A stretch of 64,000 bases of DNA. Origin: Kofleriaceae bacterium (GTDB lineage: Bacteria > Myxococcota_A > Polyangia > Haliangiales > Haliangiaceae). Shown here one piece after another: positions 40,470 through 52,683 of the stretch. A program made the translations under genes and the position numbers. The stretch is taken from assembly GCA_965215005.1 (NCBI GenBank), contig CBDCCZ010000014.1:160001-224000 (forward strand), given 5' to 3'. The notes below the pieces were generated by a model. The model was not told the DNA's origin. It ran no database searches and saw only the letters and a program-made list of their open reading frames with translations. Numbering within the stretch: position 1 is the first letter of the stretch; each line of letters opens with the position of its first letter.

Positions 40470-40814
40470 ATGCCGAGCCGTATCCGCAAAGGGGACACTG
40501 TCCAGGTCATCGCCGGCCGCGAAAAGGGCAAGCGCGGTGAGGTCGCCGAGATCCTGCGCAAGCAGGGCAAGGTCCTGGTACACGCCGTCAACGTGGTCAA
40601 GCGCCACCAGAAGCCCACCCAGCAGAATCCGCAGGGGGGCATCGTCGATCAGGAGGCGCCACTGCCGATTTCCAATGTCATGCTGGTGGATCCCACCGAC
40701 GATAAGCCCACTCGCGTCGGCTTTAAGCGCGTCGATGGGCAGTGGGTTCGCATCGGTCGTCGAACCGGCGCTGAGCTCACTGGGAAGAAGATCGAAACCA
40801 GCGCCGCCGAGTAA
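40470..40814 (+). CDS. rplX: 50S ribosomal protein L24 (stand-alone copy)
   Basis: IRKGDTV.VIAG..KGK.G.V and N..KRH.KP......GGI...EAP..ISNV motifs. Confidence 0.95.
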   Translation: MPSRIRKGDTVQVIAGREKGKRGEVAEILRKQGKVLVHAVNVVKRHQKPTQQNPQGGIVDQEAPLPISNVMLVDPTDDKPTRVGFKRVDGQWVRIGRRTGAELTGKKIETSAAE

Positions 40815-41000
40815 TTTCCCAGTGGTTTACGACGGAAGTCGTGAACCGCTCGCACAAGCTCCCAACGCTGCGGGGCCACCAAGCAGACTGGCGCAGCGGG
40901 TGGTTGGTGTCTGCCCTTGCCCCGCATTGGGGCGTCGGTTACCACCACAACATACCCTGCTATATCCAAGAGGCTCTCGCGCCGCAAGCGCCAGGGTCTC

Positions 41001-41123
41001 TTCGTGCTTCCGTGACGCTGCTCGTGCTTCCGTGACGCTGCTCGTGCTTCCGTGACGCTGCTCGTGCTTCCGTGACGCTGCTCGTGCTTCCGTGACGCTG
41101 CTCGTGCTTCCGTGACGCTGCTC
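41001..41123. repeat. VNTR: six tandem copies of CTCGTGCTTCCGTGACGCTG (20 bp)
   Basis: Identical units at 41021, 41041, 41061, 41081 and 41101, plus one at 41001 with a single mismatch; no spacers. Confidence 0.95.
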
Positions 41124-41233
41124 CGCAGGTGCCGAAGCGACCGGTGGAACTGCCGTGTTCAGACTGCGCTCGCGCCGCGACGTTCAAGCGCGGTCGTCCG
41201 GGGCACAGATGCTGCACGGGCCGTGGGTCATCC

Positions 41234-43975
<2,742 letters not shown>

Positions 43976-44016
43976 GGCGATTCGTACGCTGCGTGCCCGC
44001 GACGCGCAGCTCGCAC

Positions 44017-44295
44017 TCAGCTGACCGCGACGCCGCGCCAGAACGCGACGCGGTCGGCAATCTCTTTCGCCGCTGGCTTCGGCTCCGGATAGAACCAGGC
44101 GGCGTTTTCATTCTTCTCGCCGTTCACATCGACGTGGAGATACTGCGCCTCGCCCTTCCACGGGCAGTGCGAGGTGTGGTCGCTAGAAGTGAAGTACTCA
44201 CGCACAAGCGACTCCCGCGGGAAGTAGTGATTGCCCTCCACCACCACCGTGTCGTCGCTTTCTGCCAAGACAGTTCCGTTCCAAGTTGCTTTCAT
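44017..44295 (-). CDS. DUF427 protein
   Basis: MKATWNG.VLAES...VEGNHYFP, CPWKG.A.Y and AAWFYP.P motifs. Confidence 0.92.
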   Translation of the reverse strand: MKATWNGTVLAESDDTVVVEGNHYFPRESLVREYFTSSDHTSHCPWKGEAQYLHVDVNGEKNENAAWFYPEPKPAAKEIADRVAFWRGVAVS

Positions 44296-44348
44296 AGAAT
44301 CAGGACGTCCTTCGTACATAGTACGTTTGGCCAATTGGGAGCAGTCGC

Positions 44349-46289
44349 TCAAATATGCTTGATAGCGCCCTCGTACATGCCATCCAGGAGGCTCATGTAC
44401 TTCTTTTCCACCGCCTTGCGCTTGACCTTCAGGCTCGGTGTTAGCTCGCCCTCTTCAACGGTGAGGTCGCGTGGAAGAATGGCGAACTTCTTGATGGTCT
44501 CGAAGCTCGCGAGCTGTTGATTGAGCTCGTCGATGAACGGCGCGATCAGCGCCTGCGCCTCGCTACTAGCGGATAGCTCCTCATAAGAGCGCTGCTCAAG
44601 GCCATTCTGCGCAGCCCACGAAGTGATTGCCTCCGGATCCAGCGCCACCAACGCAGTACAGAAGTTGCGGCGGTCCCCGTGCACGATGATCTGGCTTGCG
44701 TACGGGCACAGCGCCTTGAACTTGCCCTCGATGAGCTGCGGCGCCACGTACTTACCGCCCGAGGTCTTGATGAGGTCCTTCTTGCGGTCGGTGATGCGCA
44801 GGAACCCCTCGGCGTCGAGCTCGCCGATGTCGCCGGTTCGCAGCCAGCCATCGCTCGAAAGTACTTCCGCGGTTTGCTCGGCAAGGTTGTGGTACCCGCG
44901 CATGACCCCCGGGCCGCGCAGCAAGATCTCGTTGTCTTGCTTGGCAAGCCGCACCTCGGTGCCCGGCATGGGTAGGCCCACCGTGCCAAAGCGATAGGCA
45001 CTCCGGCGATTCACGAACGACGCGGCGCTGGTCTCGGTGAGCCCGTAGCCTTCGAGAATCAGAATGCCCGCGCCGTGAAAGAACTCGGCGATTTGCCGCG
45101 ACAGCGGCGCGCTGCCGGAGATGAACAGCCGCACCCGCCCACCAAAGCGCGCTCGAAGCTTGGAAAACACCAAACGGTCGGCGAGCTTGTATTCGAGCGC
45201 CAGCAGTCCGGCAGGCTCCTTGCCCTGTTGCCGCAGCTTCGAGACCCGCTTGCCCACGCCGACCGCCCAGCGGAAGATCGCGTACTTGAGCTTGGGACCA
45301 TCTTGGGCGCTCTGAACGACCTTGTTGTAGACCTTCTCGAAGATGCGCGGCGCGGCCGCCATGATGGTGGGACGAATCACGGCGAGGTTGTCGATGAGCC
45401 GCGGAATCCGCCCGTCGATAGCCGTTGGATAGCCGACCGTGAGCTGGCTCGCTAGCAGCACCTTGCCGAAAGCATGCGACAGCGGCAGCCACAGATACTG
45501 CAAATCCGTGGGCTCGAGCAGATCGATGGCGGCAAGGGCCTCGCCTTCGTAGGTCCAGCAATCGTGCGTCAGGCGCACGCCCTTGGGCTTGCCGGTGGTG
45601 CCCGAGGTGTAGATCAACGTCGCCAACGAATCTGGAGTGATGCCCGCGCAGGCGTCATCGACCGCGCTGGGCGCCTCCGCGAGATGTTGCGCGCCACGTG
45701 CTTCGAGAGCTTCGAGGCCTATCACCCAGTCGCCATCACCGCTGCCATCGAAGGCGATGACGTGGCGGATCGCCGCCAGCTCGCCGCGGCGCTCTCGCAG
45801 CTTGGCAACCTGCTCATCGTCTTCGGCAAACACAACGCGCGTGTCGGAATCGGCGAGGATGAACGCGCAGTCGTCGGCGCCGCTAGAGGGATACACGGTC
45901 GTGGTCGCGCCGCCGGCGGCCATGATGGCCAAGTCGGCCAGTACCCAGTCGAGTCGGGTCGACGACAAGATGGCGCAGCGCTGTTGGCTAGTGACGCCGA
46001 GCGACAACAGACCAGCGGCGATACGGCGCACCCGCTCATCGACCTCTTGCCACGTCATGCTCTTCCAGGAGTCGCCCACCGGGTGGCGAAACGCTTCCTC
46101 GGAACCGGACAGGGCCACGCGATGAAAGAACATCGCTGGAACCGAGCGGAACCTCCGGTTCAGTGGCTCAGAGGGCGCTTCGGGGGCAGCTACAGCAGCG
46201 GCGGGTGTAGACAAATGGCGGCTCCTTTCGCCGGCGATGATACCGCCAGGACCTCCCGGTGCAAACCCAAGGCGGGGCTTGCGCTTCAC
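44349..46289 (-). CDS. Long-chain fatty acid-CoA ligase (AMP-binding)
   Basis: YTSGTTGKPKG, EGYGLTE and TGDIG...ITDRKKDLIKTSGGK motifs; exact start uncertain. Confidence 0.92.
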   Translation of the reverse strand: MKRKPRLGFAPGGPGGIIAGERSRHLSTPAAAVAAPEAPSEPLNRRFRSVPAMFFHRVALSGSEEAFRHPVGDSWKSMTWQEVDERVRRIAAGLLSLGVTSQQRCAILSSTRLDWVLADLAIMAAGGATTTVYPSSGADDCAFILADSDTRVVFAEDDEQVAKLRERRGELAAIRHVIAFDGSGDGDWVIGLEALEARGAQHLAEAPSAVDDACAGITPDSLATLIYTSGTTGKPKGVRLTHDCWTYEGEALAAIDLLEPTDLQYLWLPLSHAFGKVLLASQLTVGYPTAIDGRIPRLIDNLAVIRPTIMAAAPRIFEKVYNKVVQSAQDGPKLKYAIFRWAVGVGKRVSKLRQQGKEPAGLLALEYKLADRLVFSKLRARFGGRVRLFISGSAPLSRQIAEFFHGAGILILEGYGLTETSAASFVNRRSAYRFGTVGLPMPGTEVRLAKQDNEILLRGPGVMRGYHNLAEQTAEVLSSDGWLRTGDIGELDAEGFLRITDRKKDLIKTSGGKYVAPQLIEGKFKALCPYASQIIVHGDRRNFCTALVALDPEAITSWAAQNGLEQRSYEELSASSEAQALIAPFIDELNQQLASFETIKKFAILPRDLTVEEGELTPSLKVKRKAVEKKYMSLLDGMYEGAIKHI

Positions 46290-46323
46290 TGCGATAGGCG
46301 GACCCTCATTCCGCGGCGTCGAC

Positions 46324-46791
46324 CTACCCGCCCCAGCGCTCGTGGGCCTCGCGCTCAGGGTCCGGCGGCAGGTTGATGAATTCCTGCGGGAACGCCTCGG
46401 CGAGGTGCCGCAAGATGTCGCGAATCGAGAGGATGCCGAGCGCCTTGTCCTCCCGATCTACCACCGGAAGATGCCGAAAATTGCCGCTGATCATCCGCCG
46501 CAGCGCCGCGGCCAACGTGCTGCTCTCGCGCACGGTCACCGGCGCCGCGGTCATCACGTCTTTCACAGCGATATCGGTCCAGCCCGACGCTCCAACGTCC
46601 ACCCGCATCATTAGATCCCGCTCGGTGAAGATGCCGGACAGACGCCTCGCATCCTCGACCAGCACCGAACCCCGGCGAGCCTCGCACATACGCTCGACGG
46701 CTTCCTGCACCCGCGCCTGCAGAGGCACGCGCACGGCCTCGCGACGCGCGATATCGGCCACCGGCGTCGACACCAGCTCCTCGAGCCGCAT
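46324..46791 (-). CDS. CBS-pair protein
   Basis: GIFTERD, VMT..P and FRHLPVVD...GILS.RD motifs; TGATG coupling with the upstream gene. Confidence 0.88.
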   Translation of the reverse strand: MRLEELVSTPVADIARREAVRVPLQARVQEAVERMCEARRGSVLVEDARRLSGIFTERDLMMRVDVGASGWTDIAVKDVMTAAPVTVRESSTLAAALRRMISGNFRHLPVVDREDKALGILSIRDILRHLAEAFPQEFINLPPDPEREAHERWGG

Positions 46792-47258
46792 CAGCCGCCA
46801 CCTCCGATATCGACCCATTCGTCGCTCGCTGGCAGACGGCCTTCCGGCCCCTCGACGTCGGTGAATACCTGTGACAGGTGGTTCATGACCTCGCGAATAT
46901 CGAGCACGGCGACGGGAGAGCCGTGCTCATCCACGATGGGAACGTTGCGAAACCCGCGCATCGCCATGCGATTGATGACATAGGAGATGCAGTCCCGCGG
47001 CCGCAACGTCTCGGGATCGCGCGTCATTACCTCGGCCACCACCGTATCCTGCGGGTCGCGGCGCTGGCCGGCGACGCGATTGAGAAAGTCACGCTCGGTG
47101 AAGATGCCGACCAGCGCGCCGTCGTCGACCACGAGAATTGAGTCTGCTTGCTGCTCGCGCATTTTCTGCACGGCGCGAGCCACCGATGCCGACGAAGGCA
47201 CCGCGGCCACCGCTGCATCCGTGATGAACTCGGCAATCGTCTTTTGGATTCGCTGCAT
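46791..47258 (-). CDS. CBS-pair protein (paralogue)
   Basis: VGIFTERD, VMTRDP and FRNVPIVD motifs. Confidence 0.88.
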   Translation of the reverse strand: MQRIQKTIAEFITDAAVAAVPSSASVARAVQKMREQQADSILVVDDGALVGIFTERDFLNRVAGQRRDPQDTVVAEVMTRDPETLRPRDCISYVINRMAMRGFRNVPIVDEHGSPVAVLDIREVMNHLSQVFTDVEGPEGRLPASDEWVDIGGGG

Positions 47259-47381
47259 GAGCCCTCGAAGCACCCAGGGCACGCTGCGCCATCGAGCATC
47301 GGTGGCCGACGCGCCGGGTCTCTATAAGATACCTAAGATACGACGATGGCGAAGCCAGCGCACGCCCCTGGGCCTCTGCGC

Positions 47382-48191
47382 TCATTCGCATATGAACGTC
47401 GCGAAACTGAGAGAATCCGCCATGAGCCGGACCGCGCTTGGACCTCGGCAGCCGATCCCGGCGGGCGGGGTCACGGTGACCATCGCGGTGCCATCGCCAA
47501 CGGCGACATTGGCAACCAAGACGTAGGCGTCGGTGGTAATGGCGCCGGTACTGAACGAGCCGTCGGCGGCGCGCGCAAAGGCCTGCTCGCCTCCCGCGAC
47601 CTCGACCTGCGCCCCCACCACGGGCGCCGAAGCGGCATCACGCACCTCGATCATCACCTGCGCGGCGCCTTCGACGCGCGCGGGCAACGGCGCCGCAAAG
47701 ATGGTGTCGAGCTCGGCGAGCGCCATGCCATGCGCGGTGAAGGGACCGGCGGCAGCCCCGACCGTGTAATAGGCGGGCAAGTACTCGGGATGCTCGAAGC
47801 GCACCACCGCGCCCTCGCCGCTTACGCACAAGGTGCCGCGGCCGTTGGGAGCGGTGCGCGCCGTGCGTTCGGGTTGGCCCTCTTCGGTCCACAGCGCGTC
47901 GAAAATGCCGGCGAAGTCGGAAGGGGTGCTGTTCCAGGTCACGTACTCGCCGGACAACAGCAGCGCTTGGCCGCACGGCCCCGCATCCGCGAGGCTGGCG
48001 TCGGCCTCTGGGCCGGCGTCGCTGCCAGTGTCGCTGCCGGCATCGGCCGGGTTGCTGTCGCCACCGCCGCAGCCGCCCAGAAGCGCAGTCGCTGCGACGA
48101 CCAAGAGGAGCCGCGAAGCGCTGACAGCGCCGGGCCCGCGGGGAAACGGACGGGAGATCGCATGAAGCTGCACCGGCCAAGGGAAGCACAA
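47382..48191 (-). CDS. Hypothetical lipoprotein with beta-rich (carboxypeptidase-regulatory-like) segments
   Basis: LLLVVAATALLGG-C lipobox, DAG-rich linker, PVVGAQV motif; start uncertain. Confidence 0.6.
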   Translation of the reverse strand: MCFPWPVQLHAISRPFPRGPGAVSASRLLLVVAATALLGGCGGGDSNPADAGSDTGSDAGPEADASLADAGPCGQALLLSGEYVTWNSTPSDFAGIFDALWTEEGQPERTARTAPNGRGTLCVSGEGAVVRFEHPEYLPAYYTVGAAAGPFTAHGMALAELDTIFAAPLPARVEGAAQVMIEVRDAASAPVVGAQVEVAGGEQAFARAADGSFSTGAITTDAYVLVANVAVGDGTAMVTVTPPAGIGCRGPSAVRLMADSLSFATFICE

Positions 48192-48517
48192 AATCGGCCG
48201 GCGCGCTCATGACTCGCGTCACCAGCCGGCGCACGGGTCAGCAGCTACCCAGTGCCTGCGGCGGCTCCCCCGGCGATGGTTGCTCCTCTAGACATCGCTT
48301 CTCGACTGCTCCACGGCTGCCGAGGTGAGCCTCCCGAGGTTGCCGAGCCGCGCCACGTCGAGCGCGCTACATCGAGCCACCATGGTTGCCCCGAGACAAA
48401 GAGTTCGAGCAAGAGGTGCATCAAGCCGCTCGCGGCGTTGACTCGAGCATCGTCGCGAGCTATCGCACGTGAATAAGCCAGCGTCGCTCCCGCGACGTGC
48501 CGCGAGAGAAGCCCACC

Positions 48518-49582
48518 ATGATAGAGAGCCCCTGGATTCGACTGAGCGCGCAGCTAATCGATCGATGGCGTCGCGACGAGATGGTCCTCATCGACGAGGA
48601 AAGCGCCCGACTTGCCGATGAGCTCGCTGATTGGCTAGCTGGCCAAGCCGGCACCGATCGCCTCGGCCCAAAGCTCGGCGAGTGGCTGCTAGCGCAGCGA
48701 GCCGTCGAGGACGTATTTGCCAGCGACGATGAGTTGGCAGCAACGGTCCTCGAAGAGGCCGGGCGGGTGCAGTCGAGCGGCCGTCCGCGCCCGGCAGCGG
48801 ACGGCCAAGAAACCCACGAGTTGCCGCCTGCCATTGCCGACCTGCTCGAGCGACTGGGACGTTGTGCCTTTCGCCCGCAGGTGAACGAAGGCGACGACGG
48901 CGCCGTGACCGCTTCGAAGTTCGGCGGCAGTCCGTATCTGCCGCCACGCGAGAAGTGGCCGAGCTGTGCAAACTGTGATCAGCCGCTGCAGTTCTTCGTG
49001 CAGCTGGATCTAGCCGCGTTGCCCGAGGAGCTCGAGCACCCGCACCGCACCGGCCTGGTTCAGCTGTTTTACTGCACCAACCCCGAGACCAAGTGCGAGT
49101 CCGCTTGTGAAGCGTGGCTGCCGGGGGCCAAGTCCGTGCTGGCACGCTGGGTGCCGGCGCCTGGACCGCGCGCCAAACCCAAGGCGAGCAGCGTCGAGAA
49201 CCAGCGGCCGCCGTTTCGCAATAAGGACTGGAAACCGGGGGTTATTACCGGCTGGCGGCGCGAGGCCAAGGCTGAGCTGCCCAGTCAAAACGCCGAACCA
49301 GGCATCTTGGCCGAAGACGCCAAGCTCCTAGACGAGTCCTGGGACGAAATCCACGAGCATGATCTGTTCGCGCGCCCTGGCGATAAGCTCGGCGGCTGGC
49401 CCGACTGGGTACAAGATCCCGAATACGCGCCGTGCCCAACGTGCGGCAAGAACATGCGCTACCTCTTGCAGCTCGAATCCAATGGGCTCACCGGCCACCA
49501 GTTCGGCGACCTCGGCGCCGGGCATCTCTGCCAGTGCGACGACCATCCAGAGCAAGTCGCGCTTACCTGGGCCTGTCACTAG
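48518..49582 (+). CDS. DUF1963/YwqG-family protein
   Basis: SKFGGSPY....WP.C..C..PL.F..QL, DKLGGWP.WVQ and FGD.G motifs. Confidence 0.82.
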   Translation: MIESPWIRLSAQLIDRWRRDEMVLIDEESARLADELADWLAGQAGTDRLGPKLGEWLLAQRAVEDVFASDDELAATVLEEAGRVQSSGRPRPAADGQETHELPPAIADLLERLGRCAFRPQVNEGDDGAVTASKFGGSPYLPPREKWPSCANCDQPLQFFVQLDLAALPEELEHPHRTGLVQLFYCTNPETKCESACEAWLPGAKSVLARWVPAPGPRAKPKASSVENQRPPFRNKDWKPGVITGWRREAKAELPSQNAEPGILAEDAKLLDESWDEIHEHDLFARPGDKLGGWPDWVQDPEYAPCPTCGKNMRYLLQLESNGLTGHQFGDLGAGHLCQCDDHPEQVALTWACH

Positions 49583-49639
49583 CGCGGCGATCGAAGTGCG
49601 ACCCAGGTAGGCGGAACGCTTTCGTGCCGCCTACCTGAC

Positions 49640-50539
49640 TCAGCCTTTGCGACGCTCTTCCAACTCTTCGAGCGTCTTGGGCCAGTTTTGCTTGAGCAGG
49701 CGCGACAGACCGCGGTCGGCGAGTAGTCGACCCGCGGTCTGACATTGAGCACAGTAGTTTGCTTCGTTATCGGCGTAGCGGATGCGCTGAATCTTCTGCC
49801 CACACCTGGGACACGGCGCGCCGTACTTGCCGTGCACCGCCATCGCCTCGCGAAACGCGGTCACCTTCTCGGGAAAGCCATCTCCCGCGTCTTCACGCAG
49901 CCGCTCGGTCCATTCGCTAAGGACCTCGAGGATGGCACCGTGCACTCGCGCGTGCTCTTCGACCGACATCTTGTGAGTCTGCTTGAACGGCGAGAGACGC
50001 GCGCGGAACAAGATTTCATCGGAATAGGCGTTGCCGATTCCACTGAGGATCGTTGGATCCGTGAGTGCGCGCTTGATCGTATGGTTCTCGCGCACGAGCG
50101 CCTCGCGCACCTCCGAGGCGCTCGCGTTCATCACCTCGAGGCCACCGCGGTCGAACTCGCCCAGCGCCGCCCGCCCGCGCACCAAATGCATCGAGGCGCG
50201 CTTCTTGGGACTGGCTTCGGTGAAGAGGACCGAGGCATGGTCGAAATCGAACGCGGCAAGACCGAGCTTCTTAGGGACTCCAGCGCCGTACTTTCGCCAC
50301 TTCAAGCGCCCGGCAACCATCAAGTGAATCACCACGAACAGCTCATCTTCGAGCTCGAGCACGATGCGCTTGCCGATCCGCGACACCCCGAGCAGCCGCT
50401 GTCCCGCCACTGCGCCCAGCGGCGGGTCGACGGAGCGCAACACGAACGAACTTACCAGCCGCACCCGCTGCAGCACGTGGCCGCCGGCCATGGATTCGAG
50501 TCGCTCGACGTAAACGGTCACATCGGGAAGCTCGGGCAC
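49640..50539 (-). CDS. Fpg/Nei-family DNA glycosylase
   Basis: N-terminal PELP, R.GK, HLM..G, GIGNAYSDE H2TH motif, CPRC...CAQCQ zinc finger. Confidence 0.93.
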   Translation of the reverse strand: MPELPDVTVYVERLESMAGGHVLQRVRLVSSFVLRSVDPPLGAVAGQRLLGVSRIGKRIVLELEDELFVVIHLMVAGRLKWRKYGAGVPKKLGLAAFDFDHASVLFTEASPKKRASMHLVRGRAALGEFDRGGLEVMNASASEVREALVRENHTIKRALTDPTILSGIGNAYSDEILFRARLSPFKQTHKMSVEEHARVHGAILEVLSEWTERLREDAGDGFPEKVTAFREAMAVHGKYGAPCPRCGQKIQRIRYADNEANYCAQCQTAGRLLADRGLSRLLKQNWPKTLEELEERRKG

Positions 50540-50568
50540 CGAACCAGTATACGGCGCGCCGGCCGGGA

Positions 50569-52647
50569 CTAGCGCGGCCGATAGCCCTGCGCGTTGCCGT
50601 AGCCTTGCGGCCAGAGCAGCGGGTAGCCCTGAGCGGCCGCCGCACGGCGGACGAAGAACGGGTCGAACGCCAGAGCGGCATCGAGCGCGCAGAGGTCGGC
50701 GCGTCCGGCGGCCAGAACGCTGTTGACGTCATCGAACGAGTCGATCGCGCCCTCGGCGATGGTGACGACCTTGGCCTCGTTGCGCAGCCGATCGGCGTGC
50801 GGGACCTGATAGAGGCGTTGCGCATGCGGCAACGCAGTCACCACCGAGACGAAGTCGCAGCCAACCTCGCGCAGCCGCCCTGCCACGTCCACGGCGTATT
50901 CGGGCGTGATGCCATCGGCGGCGCCTTCGTCGGCGCAAAGTCGCACCCCCAGTGGCTGCTCATGCAGCTCGCGGGCCGCGGCGCAGAGCTCGATGAGAAG
51001 CCGCATGCGACCCGCCGCATCGCCGCCATAGCCATCGCCTCGCTGACTTCTGCGCGGTGACAGCAAGTGCCCTAGCAAGGTGTTTGGCGCCGCATCGAAC
51101 ATGACGGCGTCGAAGCCGCTTTGCACCGCGCGCCGCACCGCCGCCGTGAACGCCGAACGCACGTCTGATAGATCGCCGGCTGACAACTCTACCGGCCGAT
51201 GCCCCAGCAGCGCACATACCGCGGTGGTCGGCGCGCACGCAGCGAGCGACTCACGCACCGCGGACCAAGCGGCGACATGGCTATCGCCCCAGAGCCCAGC
51301 CGCCCCCGCCGAGGCTCTGGCGGTCGCGCGCACCGCACACGACTCGCTCACCAGCAGCCCAACCCCGCCGAGCGCTACCGCCCCGAGCTGGACCTGATGC
51401 AGCGCCCCCACCACGCCTTCTTGTGCCGCCTCTAGCGGCTGCGGCGCGAGCACTACGCGATTTGCCAACTGGCATCCACGCAGCGCCAGCGGCACGAACA
51501 TCGGCGGCGGAGGCGCCAATTCGTGCCCTGAAAACCACGACTCGACCTCGGCGACCAGCGCCGGATCCCGGCGACGAAGATTTTCGTGGGTGACGCGCAG
51601 GCTACGGGTGAGGAGGCTGTAGGCAAATTGAATCGGCGCTAGCTCTAAGTACCGCTCGGTGTTCTCAAACCAGTCAAGACTCACCTCTGCCGCTCGTTGC
51701 AGCTTCTCCACCTGGGGCCGCCGCTGCTGCTCATACGCGGCCAGCCCCCGTGGGACCTCGCGGTGCTGTTGCAGCGCAGCGGTTAACGCGATGCCATCCT
51801 CCATCGCCAGCTTGGTGCCCGAGCCGATCGAGAAGTGGGCGGTGTGCGCGGCATCGCCCACCAAGACGACATTATCGACGTGCCAGCGATCGAGCCGCAC
51901 GGTCGGAAAGCTGCGCCAGATCGAGCGGTTTTTGTGCAGACGATGCTCACCGAGTTGGCTAGCGAACACTCCTTCTAAATAGGCGATCGTGCCGTCCTCA
52001 TCGCTGCGATCGAGTCCGGCGCGGCGCCACGTCTCCTCCGTGCACTCGACGATGAAGGTCGAGCCGTCCTCGGCGTAGCGATACGCATGCACGCGAAACA
52101 GCCCGGCGGCACTGCGCTCGAAGTAGAACGTGAAGGCCTCGAACGGGACCGTGGTGCCGAGCCACACGAACTTGTTGGGCCGCCAATCGACGTGCGCGCC
52201 CACCGCGGTGCCGAGCTCGTCGCGAATGCGACTGCTCACGCCATCGGCTGCGATCACCAGGTCGAGGTGCGAAAGCTCCGCGAGCGTGACCTGCCGCTCG
52301 AACACCAGCTCGACACCGAGCTCGCGCGCCCGCCGTTGCAGGATCGTGAGCAGCTCGAGTCGCGCGAGGCCGCAGAAGCCATGGCCCGTCGAGCGGAAGA
52401 CGCGGCCGCCGATGTGGGTCTCGATATCGTCCCAGTGGGCGAAGCGCTCGGCGATGGCCGCGTAGCTCGGCGGGTCGGCCGCGGCTAAGTTGCCGAGCGT
52501 GGCGTCGCTGAACACCACGCCAAAGCCAAACGTGTCGTCGGCGCGATGCCGCTCGAAAACCGTGACAGCACGACTCGGGTCGGCTTTCTTTAACAGGATC
52601 GCGGAATACAGCCCCGCCGGTCCGCCACCAATACACGCAATACGCAC
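50569..52647 (-). CDS. Salicylyl-/2-aminobenzoyl-CoA monooxygenase-like FAD enzyme fused to a degenerate old-yellow-enzyme domain
   Basis: GGGPAGLY, TFGFGVVFSD, GDAAHTAHFSIGSGTKLAMED and SLLTRS motifs; C-terminal part has NRVV..P, D.YGG and GRADLC. Confidence 0.85.
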   Translation of the reverse strand: MRIACIGGGPAGLYSAILLKKADPSRAVTVFERHRADDTFGFGVVFSDATLGNLAAADPPSYAAIAERFAHWDDIETHIGGRVFRSTGHGFCGLARLELLTILQRRARELGVELVFERQVTLAELSHLDLVIAADGVSSRIRDELGTAVGAHVDWRPNKFVWLGTTVPFEAFTFYFERSAAGLFRVHAYRYAEDGSTFIVECTEETWRRAGLDRSDEDGTIAYLEGVFASQLGEHRLHKNRSIWRSFPTVRLDRWHVDNVVLVGDAAHTAHFSIGSGTKLAMEDGIALTAALQQHREVPRGLAAYEQQRRPQVEKLQRAAEVSLDWFENTERYLELAPIQFAYSLLTRSLRVTHENLRRRDPALVAEVESWFSGHELAPPPPMFVPLALRGCQLANRVVLAPQPLEAAQEGVVGALHQVQLGAVALGGVGLLVSESCAVRATARASAGAAGLWGDSHVAAWSAVRESLAACAPTTAVCALLGHRPVELSAGDLSDVRSAFTAAVRRAVQSGFDAVMFDAAPNTLLGHLLSPRRSQRGDGYGGDAAGRMRLLIELCAAARELHEQPLGVRLCADEGAADGITPEYAVDVAGRLREVGCDFVSVVTALPHAQRLYQVPHADRLRNEAKVVTIAEGAIDSFDDVNSVLAAGRADLCALDAALAFDPFFVRRAAAAQGYPLLWPQGYGNAQGYRPR

Positions 52648-52683
52648 GCCGGCAGTGTCGCCGCCACGCGAGGGCGCCGCAAG

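Noticed and set aside
41001..41123. 20-bp repeats as a CRISPR array
   Set aside because: The units are head-to-tail with no unique spacers.
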